DNA of 36,690 bases from Armatimonadota bacterium (GTDB lineage Bacteria > Sysuimicrobiota > Sysuimicrobiia > Sysuimicrobiales > VGFF01), in the NCBI GenBank assembly GCA_016868955.1, contig VGFF01000002.1:1-36690 (forward strand), in the 5' to 3' direction. The translations under genes were made by a program, and so were the position numbers. This document shows positions 1-8,601 of this stretch, one piece after another. Numbering within the stretch: the first letter of the stretch is position 1; every line of letters begins with the position of its first letter. The notes beneath the pieces are model-generated. The model was not told the DNA's origin and searched no databases. It worked only from the letters and a program-made list of their open reading frames with translations.

Positions 1-365
1 AGCGCCACCGTGTCGCCGCCGGCCGCAACGGCGGGCCCGATCCCGTCGCCGCGCCGGAGCACCAGCGTCAGCGGTCCGGGCCAAAATCGCGCCGCGAGGC
101 GCGACGCGAGCGGCGGCCATTCCGCGGCCAGCGCCTGGGCGGCGGAAGGCGACGCGACGTGGACGATGAGGGGATTCTGCGACGGGCGGCCTTTGACGGA
201 AAAGACCCGCGCGACGGCCGCTGAATCGCGCGCGCTCGCCCCCAGGCCGTAAACCGTTTCGGTCGGGAAGGCCACCAGCCCTCCGGTCTTCAGGATCTCG
301 GCGGCCTCGGCGAGCACGTCCGCGGCGGGGTCTCGCGCGTCGATCGCGCGAACGCGCGTACGCAC
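1..365 (-). CDS. tsaC: L-threonylcarbamoyladenylate synthase (Sua5/TsaC family), runs off the window at its 3' end
   Basis: Not in the ORF track. Manual translation from GTG at 365 gives MRTRVRAIDARDPAADVLAEAAEILKTGGLVAFPTETVYGLGA...KGRPSQNPLIVHV...FWPGPLTLVL, with the PTETVYGL, KGRP..NPLIVH and WPGPLT signatures. Confidence 0.93.
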   Translation of the reverse strand, partial: MRTRVRAIDARDPAADVLAEAAEILKTGGLVAFPTETVYGLGASARDSAAVARVFSVKGRPSQNPLIVHVASPSAAQALAAEWPPLASRLAARFWPGPLTLVLRRGDGIGPAVAAGGDTVA

Positions 366-369
366 GCGC

Positions 370-1590
370 CTAGACGAGCCGCACGCGCGCGAACCGCCGC
401 TTTCCGACCTTGAGGACCATGCCGTCGCGCACCACCGCGCGCGCGTCGGAATGGGGGATCCGCTCGCCGTCGATCGAGACGCCGCCCTGGGCGATCAGAC
501 GGCGGGCTTCGTTGTTGGACTCGGCCATGCCGGTCAAGACGAGCAGGCGGATGAGGCTGATCGACCCTTCCTCCAGCTCGTGGGGATGAACGACCGCGTC
601 CGCAATCTCCTCCGGCGCGTCCTTGTGCGCGAATACGCGGTCGAATGCGGCTTCGGCCTCCATCGCGGCGTCGTGCCCGTGCCAGACCCCGACGATCTCG
701 CGCGCCAGGCGACGCTTCACGTCGCGCGGGTGGCGGCCCCCTTGCGCGAGCCCCATGACGATCTCGCGAACCTCGGCGAGCGGCACCTCCGTGCACAACA
801 CGAAGTAGCTCTCCATGGCTGCGTCAGGGACGGACATGACCTTACCGTACACCTCCGCCGGCGCCTCGCGGATACCGATATAGTTGCCGAGGGACTTGCT
901 CATCTTCTCGACGCCGTCAGTGCCAGGCAGCAGCGGCGTGAGCAAAACGACCTGCGCCGGCTGGCCGAACTCCCGCTGCAGATCACGCCCCATGAGGTTG
1001 TTGAACTTCTGGTCGGTGCCGCCCAGCTCGACGTCCGCTTCCAGCGCCACCGAGTCGTAGGCTTGGCACAAGGGGTAGAGCAACTCGTGCAGTCCGATTG
1101 GCACGCCGTCGCGCAGGCGGTTCGTGAAGTCGTCGCGCTCGAGGATGCGGGCCACGGTCAGCTTGCTCGCGAGCCGGATCACGTCCGCGAAGCTCGTCGG
1201 GCCGAGCCACTCGCTGTTGAAGCGCACGATCGTCCGGTCGGGATCGAGCACGAGGCCGTATTGGTCACGATACGTCGCGGCGTTGCGCTCGATGGCCTCG
1301 CGCGACAACATCGGGCGCGTCGCTTTCTTGCCGGACGGATCGCCGATCATCGCCGTGAAGTCTCCGATGACGATGATCGCCTGATGACCGAGGTCCTGGA
1401 ACTGGCGAAGTTTTCGCAGCACGACCGCGAACCCCAGATGAATGTCGGGTGCCGTCGGATCGAGGCCGAGCTTCACGCGGAGCGGCCGCCCCTCGCGCAA
1501 CTTCGCGAGCAGCTCCTCCTCGTGCAGGATCTCGACGGCGCCGCGGCGCAGGATCTCAAGCTGTTCTTCCGGGCTGAGCCGCGCGGGCAT
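370..1590 (-). CDS. tyrS: Tyrosine--tRNA ligase
   Basis: [14 protein letters not shown] (HIGH-like), QAYDS, GGTDQ, KMSKS and a C-terminal S4 domain. ATG at 1590 is preceded by AAGGAGG; the ORF track start at 1947 is over-extended. Confidence 0.97.
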   Translation of the reverse strand: MPARLSPEEQLEILRRGAVEILHEEELLAKLREGRPLRVKLGLDPTAPDIHLGFAVVLRKLRQFQDLGHQAIIVIGDFTAMIGDPSGKKATRPMLSREAIERNAATYRDQYGLVLDPDRTIVRFNSEWLGPTSFADVIRLASKLTVARILERDDFTNRLRDGVPIGLHELLYPLCQAYDSVALEADVELGGTDQKFNNLMGRDLQREFGQPAQVVLLTPLLPGTDGVEKMSKSLGNYIGIREAPAEVYGKVMSVPDAAMESYFVLCTEVPLAEVREIVMGLAQGGRHPRDVKRRLAREIVGVWHGHDAAMEAEAAFDRVFAHKDAPEEIADAVVHPHELEEGSISLIRLLVLTGMAESNNEARRLIAQGGVSIDGERIPHSDARAVVRDGMVLKVGKRRFARVRLV

Positions 1591-1649
1591 GAGCGCGTTT
1601 CCTCCTTGAATTAGGGGCGACGACCTCGATCGGAACGTCAGTCGGTGGG

Positions 1650-2144
1650 CTACGTTCGGCGCGCCGGCAGGCCGAGGGCAGCGGCGCGGGCCTGCAGGGC
1701 CAGCAACAACGGATAGCCGATGCCGTAGCACGCGACCAGCTGCCCCGCGAACACCCAAGCGATCGTCCAGCCGACGTGGATCTGCGTCAAGAACTGAAGG
1801 TAAACCGGCACGACAATGGCGTTGACGAGGACGGGAGGAAACGGCGCGAGCACCGGCCGTCGCACGCGCGCCGTCCACATTGCCGCGACCAGGCTCGAGG
1901 CCGTGCCGAAGACGAAGTCCGGCCACCCGAACGGGCTGCCGAGCCAATTCGCCAGGGCCACGCCGACCGAGATCCCGAGGATGCCGGCCCCCGGATCCAA
2001 GAACGGCAGGACGGTCAATGCCTCGGCAACGCGCACCTGAACCTCGCGAAAGCTCAGCTCTCGGATGCCCGGCGTTAACGTGATCGCCACGTAGGCGGCA
2101 GCGATCGCGCCCGCGCGCACCATCGTCCGGGTGTCGAGACGCAT
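1650..2144 (-). CDS. queT: QueT-family transporter (putative queuosine-precursor ECF S component)
   Basis: Hydrophobic 164-aa protein with [10 protein letters not shown]...[31 protein letters not shown] and PPVLVNA motifs. ATG at 2144 follows GAGGAG. Confidence 0.82.
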   Translation of the reverse strand: MRLDTRTMVRAGAIAAAYVAITLTPGIRELSFREVQVRVAEALTVLPFLDPGAGILGISVGVALANWLGSPFGWPDFVFGTASSLVAAMWTARVRRPVLAPFPPVLVNAIVVPVYLQFLTQIHVGWTIAWVFAGQLVACYGIGYPLLLALQARAAALGLPARRT

Positions 2145-2154
2145 GTCGCTCCTC

Positions 2155-2183
2155 AGGATACCCGCCCGAACCGCGCCAGACAA
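2155..2183 (-). promoter_or_regulatory. Putative sigma70-type promoter for queT(-tyrS)
   Basis: Minus strand reads TTGTCT-N17-TATCCT, 10 nt before the queT ATG. Confidence 0.5.
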
Positions 2184-2211
2184 CGCGCGCGGCGGACGTT
2201 CCCGGAGGTCG

Positions 2212-3150
2212 TCAGCGGCGCAGCACACTCCGCAGCACGAACAGCGCGTTCGCCGGCCGTTCCGCGAGCCGGCGAACGAAGTACTGATACCAATGCGTGC
2301 CGTAGGGCACGTAGACGACAATCGGTTCGCCGGCGGCGAGCAAGCGCTCGGCGAGCCCGACGCGGATCCCGTACAGCATCTCGAACTTCAGTCGATCGCG
2401 CGGAATCGTGTGTGCCCGGGCGTACGCGCGCGCGTCCTCGATGATCCGTCCGTCGTGCGTCGCCGCCGCCGCCGTGCCGCCGCGCTCGAGGTGCGTGAAC
2501 AGCAGATCGCGGAAGTTGCGGTCCACGTCGGACTTGTTCGGAAACGCGACGTCTGGCGGCTCGCGATAGGCGCCCTTGACGAAGCGGATGTCCGGGCGCA
2601 GCGGGGCCAGGCGCTCGAGGTCGTCGCGTGAGCGATACAGATACGCCTGCAACACGATCCCGACGTTGCCGTGGTCGGCGCGAACGCGCTCGAAGAGCCG
2701 AAGCGTCGCCTCGACCGACGGCGCGTGCTCCATCTCGACGCGCACGGACAACCCTGCGGCGCGGGCGGCGATGAGCACGCGCTCGAGGTTCCGCACGGCG
2801 TGATCAAAGGAAAGATCCGACCCGATCTGCGAGGGCTTCACCGAAAGATACCCGCGCAGGCCGCGTTGGGCGAACGCGTCCGCGGCCGCAACGTACTCGT
2901 CGGCGGCCGCGTCGGCAAGCATCGGCTCGGTCACGCTTTCGCCGACGTACTGAACGCTCGTCCGAAAGCCTCTTCGCTCCAGGCGCGCGACGACTGAGAT
3001 CGCGTCCGCGAGGGCCTCGCCGGCGACGAACCGGCGCGCGCCGAAGCGCCCGCCGTGGCGGCGGACGAGGTTCGATACCAACGGGTTCGCGAACGCTTGG
3101 AAGACCGCGGCGCGGGTCACCTCGGACACGCGATCCGTCACCGTGCTCAC
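2212..3150 (-). CDS. Monofunctional proline dehydrogenase (PRODH) family flavoprotein
   Basis: RFVAGE, SVKPSQIG, LQAYLYRS, VKGAYREP, ATHD, MLYGIR and YVPYG..WY.YF.RRLAERPAN. GTG at 3150 overlaps the upstream stop (GTGA). Confidence 0.9.
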   Translation of the reverse strand: MSTVTDRVSEVTRAAVFQAFANPLVSNLVRRHGGRFGARRFVAGEALADAISVVARLERRGFRTSVQYVGESVTEPMLADAAADEYVAAADAFAQRGLRGYLSVKPSQIGSDLSFDHAVRNLERVLIAARAAGLSVRVEMEHAPSVEATLRLFERVRADHGNVGIVLQAYLYRSRDDLERLAPLRPDIRFVKGAYREPPDVAFPNKSDVDRNFRDLLFTHLERGGTAAAATHDGRIIEDARAYARAHTIPRDRLKFEMLYGIRVGLAERLLAAGEPIVVYVPYGTHWYQYFVRRLAERPANALFVLRSVLRR

Positions 3151-3566
3151 GGGCTCGCGGCTTCGACGAGGTGAACGTCGCCTTCCGGCCCGACGCGCAG
3201 CCGATCCCCGGAACGAACGGTCGCGACGGCCTCGGGGACGATCACGACGGGGATCGTCTGCCCGTCCAGCTCGTCGGCGACGATCGCGCCGAGCGCGAGC
3301 ATCTCGTCGGCGGCAGCGAGCAGGATCGCGGCCGGCCCTGTGCGCAGGCGGATGCACTCGAGCAGCACGCTGGACGATGAGGAGGACCCGCGGCCGCGCG
3401 GCATCACGAGGACGCGGCCGGTGACATGCTCGCCGCACAACGGGTGATGCGAGTCGATGACCTCGCCGGTGAGCGGCTCGACGCCGCCCCAGAAGCTGAG
3501 CGGGATCGACGTGACGAGCGCGATGCCCTCCGCCGCCCCGCCGACGAGCACTTCACCGCGCCACAA
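3147..3566 (-). CDS. Aconitase X small (swivel, DUF126-type) subunit
   Basis: PLSFWGGVEPLTGEVIDSHHPL, GRGSSSSS, GPAAI, LALGA; TTG start with GGAGG upstream. Confidence 0.9.
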   Translation of the reverse strand: MWRGEVLVGGAAEGIALVTSIPLSFWGGVEPLTGEVIDSHHPLCGEHVTGRVLVMPRGRGSSSSSSVLLECIRLRTGPAAILLAAADEMLALGAIVADELDGQTIPVVIVPEAVATVRSGDRLRVGPEGDVHLVEAASP

Positions 3567-4824
3567 GCCAGCCGTCCTCCTCCCGCACGACGCGGGCGGC
3601 GCGCGCGGAACGCACGCAATCGGCCAAGCTGCCCAGCGCGACGCGGCATCCGACCTTGCCGGGACCGTAATGCGCGAACTTCGCGGAGTTCGTCATCATG
3701 AGGCGGTACGGGCCGCGCGGCCCCGGAGTATTCACGACGCAGGTATCGGTGAGGATGCGGCCGCCTGCCCGTTCGACGGCGTCGGCAAGGCCTTCGGTCC
3801 GCGCGAGCTCGTAGGTCGCGCGTCCCGTGCAGACGACGAAGTCGACGGCAGCATCGACGCGGACGCCGTCCAGCAACGGTTTCAGCCGGCGAAACTCCGC
3901 CAGCGAGAAGTGGGGGCTGCCCAGCGCGACGAGATCGACGGGCTCCTCGGCGTCTTCGCGCGACAGCTCGCGATGCGCGTCGCGCAGATCGTCGAGCGTG
4001 ACGTCGACGACACGCGACGGTCGCCGAACGCCGAACGCCGCGGAAAGAGTCGGTGCCTCCGGCGTGATCCCCACGGCGTGGAACAAGCCGACCGCGCCCG
4101 AGGAAGCCGCCGCCGCGCCGAGCGCCTTGAGGTCGTCCTCCGAGGCGGTCGGCGGCAAGCCGTCGATCACCGGAACGCGTTCCTGGCAAACCATGCCGAA
4201 GAAGTAGCCGAGCAACGGGTAGAAGCGCTCGTCCTCCCGCACCGCCGCCGGCAGCTCGTCGACGCGGAACAACCACTCGCCGCGGCGGTTCTCCTCGAGG
4301 TGCAGACCGGCCGCCGGCACGCGGCCCGTGATCGCGGCGCAGATGTCGAGAAAGTCGCCGTAGCGGTTCGTCCGCGCGCCGAGCACGGAGTTCGCGAACA
4401 CGATCGCGTTCGATTCGCCCCAAGCGATCTGGGCGCCGAACGCGGGGCGCTCGGTGTCTTGATACGGCGCGCACGTCCAGGTGGGGCGGCACCCCATGCG
4501 GAGGTAGGCGTCGGCGAGCGAGCGCGCCTTGCGCGCGAACGCCGCCGGGACGCCGGCGGCGCGCCATCGCAGGAAGTCCAACGATCCGATGTTCAGCGTG
4601 GCCGGAACGGCGACACGACCGCCGGAGGAAGCCAGCCGCTCCGCGAACTCCAGTCCGCCGTCCCCATGGTAGAGACAGCCGTCGATATGCGCGCCCGTGA
4701 TGTCGAGCATCGCCAGCGCCCGCCAGACGTAGGCCATGCGCAGCACGATGCGCATCGCCATCGCGGCCGCCGGGCCGCGTTCGCCCCCCAGCAGCGATCG
4801 GTCGACGTCCGTCAGCCGCAACAT
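3553..4824 (-). CDS. Aconitase X large (catalytic, DUF521-type) subunit
   Basis: AHIDGC, TCAPY, AWGESNA..FANSVLGARTN, LFHAVGITPEA, GSPH, DTC, TNSAK.AHY. Confidence 0.9.
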   Translation of the reverse strand: MLRLTDVDRSLLGGERGPAAAMAMRIVLRMAYVWRALAMLDITGAHIDGCLYHGDGGLEFAERLASSGGRVAVPATLNIGSLDFLRWRAAGVPAAFARKARSLADAYLRMGCRPTWTCAPYQDTERPAFGAQIAWGESNAIVFANSVLGARTNRYGDFLDICAAITGRVPAAGLHLEENRRGEWLFRVDELPAAVREDERFYPLLGYFFGMVCQERVPVIDGLPPTASEDDLKALGAAAASSGAVGLFHAVGITPEAPTLSAAFGVRRPSRVVDVTLDDLRDAHRELSREDAEEPVDLVALGSPHFSLAEFRRLKPLLDGVRVDAAVDFVVCTGRATYELARTEGLADAVERAGGRILTDTCVVNTPGPRGPYRLMMTNSAKFAHYGPGKVGCRVALGSLADCVRSARAARVVREEDGWLVAR

Positions 4825-4831
4825 CGGACTC

Positions 4832-5722
4832 CTATGGTCGGAACGTCACCACGGGATTGCGCAGCACGCCGATTCCCTCGACCTCGCACTCCACGACGTC
4901 GCCCGGCTGGATCGGCCCGACGCCTTCGGGCGTACCGGTGGCGATGAGATCGCCGGGCTCCAGCGACATGTACTTCGTGATGTGCTCGATCGCCTTCGGA
5001 ATCGACAGGATCATCATCGCCGTCGTGGAGTCTTGGCGCGGCTCCACGGTTCCGTCTGGCTTGCGGATGCGCAACGCCAGGCGCGTGTTCTCGGGGTTCG
5101 GGAAGGACGCCCTCGTGACGACGACGGGCCCGATCGGGCAGAACGTGTCGAACGCCTTGGCGCGGTCGAACGGCTGGCCGCGCTTGCGATCGATCGCTTG
5201 CAGGTCGCGCGACGAGATGTCGTTGAGGATCGTGTAGCCGCCGATCAATTCGTAGGCGCGATCCGCCGGCACGCGCACGCCGTGCTTGGCGATCAACAGC
5301 GCGATCTCGACCTCATGGTGGATGTTGTGCGCGACGTCGACCGACGGCAGGACGATGTCCTCGTCCGGCCCGACGATCGACGTCGGCGGCTTGAAGAAGA
5401 TCGCCGGTTCCTCGCCGCCGGGCCCGCCCATCTCCTTGGCATGCTCATCGTAGTTGCGACCGAGCGCGACGATCTTGCCAGGGCGGTGAATCGGGGCGAG
5501 CAGCGTGACCTCGGACAGCGGGATGAGCGTTCCTTCCGAAGCTTTGAAGTCGGCGGCCGAGTAGGACTCCAATCGCGTCACGAGGTCCTGCATCCGCTGC
5601 AGGTGATCCGGTTGTCGGACGAGATCGGTAATCGTGCGCAGACCGTCGAGCAGGAGCGCGTGGTCCCGCACGACAACGGCCACCGATTCGGCGCTCCGAT
5701 ACCGTACGCGAGCTAATTTCAT
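4832..5722 (-). CDS. Fumarylacetoacetate hydrolase (FAH) family protein
   Basis: KIVALGRNY..HA.E, IFFKP, HHEVE, GYTILNDIS.RD.Q, KAFDTFCPIGP, PGDLIATGTPEGVG. Confidence 0.92.
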   Translation of the reverse strand: MKLARVRYRSAESVAVVVRDHALLLDGLRTITDLVRQPDHLQRMQDLVTRLESYSAADFKASEGTLIPLSEVTLLAPIHRPGKIVALGRNYDEHAKEMGGPGGEEPAIFFKPPTSIVGPDEDIVLPSVDVAHNIHHEVEIALLIAKHGVRVPADRAYELIGGYTILNDISSRDLQAIDRKRGQPFDRAKAFDTFCPIGPVVVTRASFPNPENTRLALRIRKPDGTVEPRQDSTTAMMILSIPKAIEHITKYMSLEPGDLIATGTPEGVGPIQPGDVVECEVEGIGVLRNPVVTFRP

Positions 5723-6207
5723 TGCTCAGCCTCCACGTGATTGGGGTCAGAACCCGGCAAGCCGCTAGCGGGACCCAGGATTCTCTTCGCGAGTCGCGCG
5801 CCCACGGACGCGAGACTCCACCGCGCCGCCGTCAACAGCATGCCGGTCAGCAACGCCGTCGCCGCCAGCACGCGGTTTCCATGTTCTTCGACCTGTTCGC
5901 TCCCGAGACCCGCAGCCGCCAGGTGCTCGTCTCCGATTTCCGCCGGGACACGCCGCAGCACCGTCCGAACGACCCACAGGGCGACGTTCAGATCGTCGAG
6001 CTGCCCGAGGACCGGAACGAGACCGGGAATGAGGTCGAGCGGGCACGCAAGGTAGGCCGCACCGCCGAGGAGCACCGCTTTCTCGGCGCGGCCCAACCGG
6101 GGATCTCACAGCAACCGCCAGCATAGCCTGCCGTACGCCGGCAATCGGGACAAGACGGGCAGCAGATCGGCGCGGCCAACTCACTTCGCGAGCGAGGTAA
6201 CGCTCAC
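5719..6207 (-). pseudogene. YkvA/DUF1232-family membrane protein interrupted by two in-frame TGA codons
   Basis: Frame from GTG at 6207 (overlapping the mutS2 TAG): MSVTSLAK*VGRADLLPVLSRLPAYGRLCWRLL*DPRLGRAEKAVLLGGAAYLACPLDLIPGLVPVLGQLDDL. Stops are at 6183-6181 and 6108-6106; P.DLIP..PVLG.LDD is the DUF1232 signature. Confidence 0.75.
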
Positions 6208-8567
6208 TAAGAGAATTCTACAACGGTTGCCCCATCGCCGCCTTCCGACGGGGCCGCGAGGTGGTAGCGAAGCCCGCCGTAGGACGCCAGTAGGTCGTGC
6301 ACCGCCTTGCGCAATGCGCCCGTTCCCTTGCCGTGGACGATGACGGCGCGCGGCAGGCGCGCGAGGGTGGCGTCATCGAGGTATTTCTCCAGCTCGTAGA
6401 CGGCGTCGTCGACGGTCATGCCGCGCAAGTGCAACGACGACGGCAGGGCCGGCCGCGACGGAACGGGCGCCTCGCGCGCGATGACCGCGGCCGCCGTCTC
6501 GTCGAGCACGACGACGTCGGCGCGCGGCACGCGCACCGACATCTTGCCGACGCGCACCTCGACATGATTGCGCTCGGCGCGAACGACCGTCCCTTCGGCG
6601 TCGAGGGAGACGACGCGGACGCGCGCACCCTCCGTGAGCGGCGCCGACGCGGAGCCGGCCGATGCCGGTTTGCGCGGTGGCGCGGCCGCGTGCCCCATCT
6701 CGGCGAGCTTGCGCCGCACTTCTTGCGCGGTTTTCTCGTTGCGCTCGTCGCGCATGACGCGCAGCAGCTCGTCAACCTCGGCCCGGGCCCGCTCGATGAT
6801 CGCGCGCGCGTTCGCCCGCGCCTCGGCGATCGCGCGGTCGCGCTCCGCCTCCGCTTCGCGCACGCGCGCTTCCTGCTGCCGCCGCTCCGCCTCCGCTTCG
6901 TGCCGCAGCCGCTCCGCCTCGCTGCGGCGGACCTCCGCGACTTTCTGGTCGGCCTCGATGCCGGCGAGGACCTTGTCGATCTCGACCAGATCGCGGTCGA
7001 GGTAGGACCGGGCGCGCTGGGAGACGGCGCGCGACAACCCGAGCCGCTCGGCGATGAACAGCGCGTTGCTGCGGCCTGGCGTGCCGATCATCAGCCGATA
7101 CGTCGGGCGCAGGGTTTGCCCGTCGAACTCGACGGACGCGTTCTCGATGCCCGGCGTCTGATAGGCGAGCGCCTTCAGCTCGCTGTAGTGCGTCGTCACG
7201 ATCGTGCGCGCCCCGGACGCGTGCAGCGTTTCGATGATCGCGCGCGCCAGCGCCGACCCCTCGGCGGGATCGGTGCCGGCGCCGGCTTCGTCGAGGAGGA
7301 CGAGCGTTCCCTCGCCGGCGCGCGCGAGAATGCGCACGATCGCGGTCATGTGCGACGAAAACGTCGACAGCGACTGCTCGATGCTCTGCTCGTCGCCGAT
7401 GTCGGCGAAGACCGCCGTGAAAATGCCGCAGCGGCTGCCGTCGGCGGCGGGCACGTGCAAGCCGGCCTGGGCCATCAAAGACAACAACCCGACGGTCTTC
7501 AAGGTGACCGTCTTGCCGCCGGTGTTCGGCCCCGTGATGACGAGAGTCGAATACGCCTCACCGAGCGCGGCGTCGTTCGCCACGACGTCCCGTCCGTCTT
7601 TCGCTTGCCGGGCGACGAGCAATGGATGGCGGGCCGCGTGCAGGACGAGCGACGCCTCGTTCCGCAGCGCCGGACGCACCGCCGCCATTTCGTCCCCGAG
7701 ACGTCCCTTGGCGGCGGCGAAGTCGAACCGGGCCATCGTCGACTGGGCGGCGTCCAGGTCGTCGGCGCGGGCGCCGAGCCGGCCGGAGAGCGCCATGAGG
7801 ATCCGATCGATCTCGCGCGCTTCCGCCGTCTGCAGCTCACGGAGCCGGTTGCCGAGCTGTAGCGACACCAACGGCTCCATGAACGCCGTCGCGCCGCTGC
7901 CCGATTGATCGTGGAGGATGCCCGGGAACTGCGACACATATTGCTGCTTCACCGGGACGACGTAACGGTCGCCGCGCACCGTGACGATAGGATCCTGGAG
8001 CATCTTTGCGTACTGCGGCGAGCGGGTGATGTGCTCGAGCTGCGCCCGCACGCGCTCCTGCGTTTGGTGGATGTCGCGGCGAATCCGTGCCAGCTCCGGG
8101 CTGGCGGAGTCGAGGACGGTCGCATCCTCGCCGATCGCGCCCTCGATCGCTTCCTCCTCGTCGCTGAAGTCGGGAACGCGCAGCGCCAGCGCGCCGAGCT
8201 GCGGGGCGCGGCCCGCTCGCGACAGGACGTATGCCTTCGTCAGACGCGTCGCCCGCAGCATCAGCAGCACGTCGACGAGCTCCTCCGGTCGCAGCGTTCC
8301 GGCGAGCCGCGTGCGCCGGATCGCGGCGCGCACGTCGCGCAGTCCGCGCAGCGGCAGCTCGCCCTCGCGCATCAGCAGGCGCGCTTCGTCGGTCTCCTGC
8401 AGCGCCTCTTGTACGACCGCGAAGTCAGCGGACGGCGCGAGGTCCCGCGCGATCTCCTCGCCCAGCGGCGAGATCGCCAGATTGCGCAGCCGATCCCGGA
8501 TCTGCACGTACTCCAGCACGCGCATCGTGCGGTCATCGGTCGCAACGAATCGTTCGGTCTCGTTCAT
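6207..8567 (-). CDS. mutS2: MutS2 family ATPase/endonuclease (ribosome-collision/anti-recombination factor)
   Basis: HDQSGSGAT.FMEP, Walker A GPNTGGKT, IGDEQSIEQSLSTFSSH, LLDE.G.GTDP, coiled coil, KOW and Smr domain (LHLRG...IVHGKGTGALR...GGDGAT). Confidence 0.96.
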   Translation of the reverse strand: MNETERFVATDDRTMRVLEYVQIRDRLRNLAISPLGEEIARDLAPSADFAVVQEALQETDEARLLMREGELPLRGLRDVRAAIRRTRLAGTLRPEELVDVLLMLRATRLTKAYVLSRAGRAPQLGALALRVPDFSDEEEAIEGAIGEDATVLDSASPELARIRRDIHQTQERVRAQLEHITRSPQYAKMLQDPIVTVRGDRYVVPVKQQYVSQFPGILHDQSGSGATAFMEPLVSLQLGNRLRELQTAEAREIDRILMALSGRLGARADDLDAAQSTMARFDFAAAKGRLGDEMAAVRPALRNEASLVLHAARHPLLVARQAKDGRDVVANDAALGEAYSTLVITGPNTGGKTVTLKTVGLLSLMAQAGLHVPAADGSRCGIFTAVFADIGDEQSIEQSLSTFSSHMTAIVRILARAGEGTLVLLDEAGAGTDPAEGSALARAIIETLHASGARTIVTTHYSELKALAYQTPGIENASVEFDGQTLRPTYRLMIGTPGRSNALFIAERLGLSRAVSQRARSYLDRDLVEIDKVLAGIEADQKVAEVRRSEAERLRHEAEAERRQQEARVREAEAERDRAIAEARANARAIIERARAEVDELLRVMRDERNEKTAQEVRRKLAEMGHAAAPPRKPASAGSASAPLTEGARVRVVSLDAEGTVVRAERNHVEVRVGKMSVRVPRADVVVLDETAAAVIAREAPVPSRPALPSSLHLRGMTVDDAVYELEKYLDDATLARLPRAVIVHGKGTGALRKAVHDLLASYGGLRYHLAAPSEGGDGATVVEFS

Positions 8568-8601
8568 GTCTCCCTTAGGATGGGGGGCGCCCCGGCGCGG
8601 T

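Noticed and set aside
1591-1649. T-box upstream of tyrS
   Set aside because: The gap is only 59 nt and has no GGTGG.ACC motif.
2145-2211. preQ1 riboswitch upstream of queT
   Set aside because: The region is GC-rich and lacks the preQ1-I stem-loop and A-rich tail.
6106-6183. Selenocysteine or genetic-code reassignment at the two TGA codons
   Set aside because: There is no convincing SECIS hairpin, the positions correspond to Arg-like rather than Cys sites, and TGA terminates many other genes in the window.
5700-6240. Possible horizontally acquired insert at the mutS2 3' end (locally more AT-rich codons)
   Set aside because: No integrase, transposase or target duplication is visible, and the compositional shift could not be quantified by eye.
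6841-6920. Direct repeat CGCTCCGCCTCCGCTTCG in mutS2
   Set aside because: It encodes EAEAER repeats of the normal MutS2 coiled coil.
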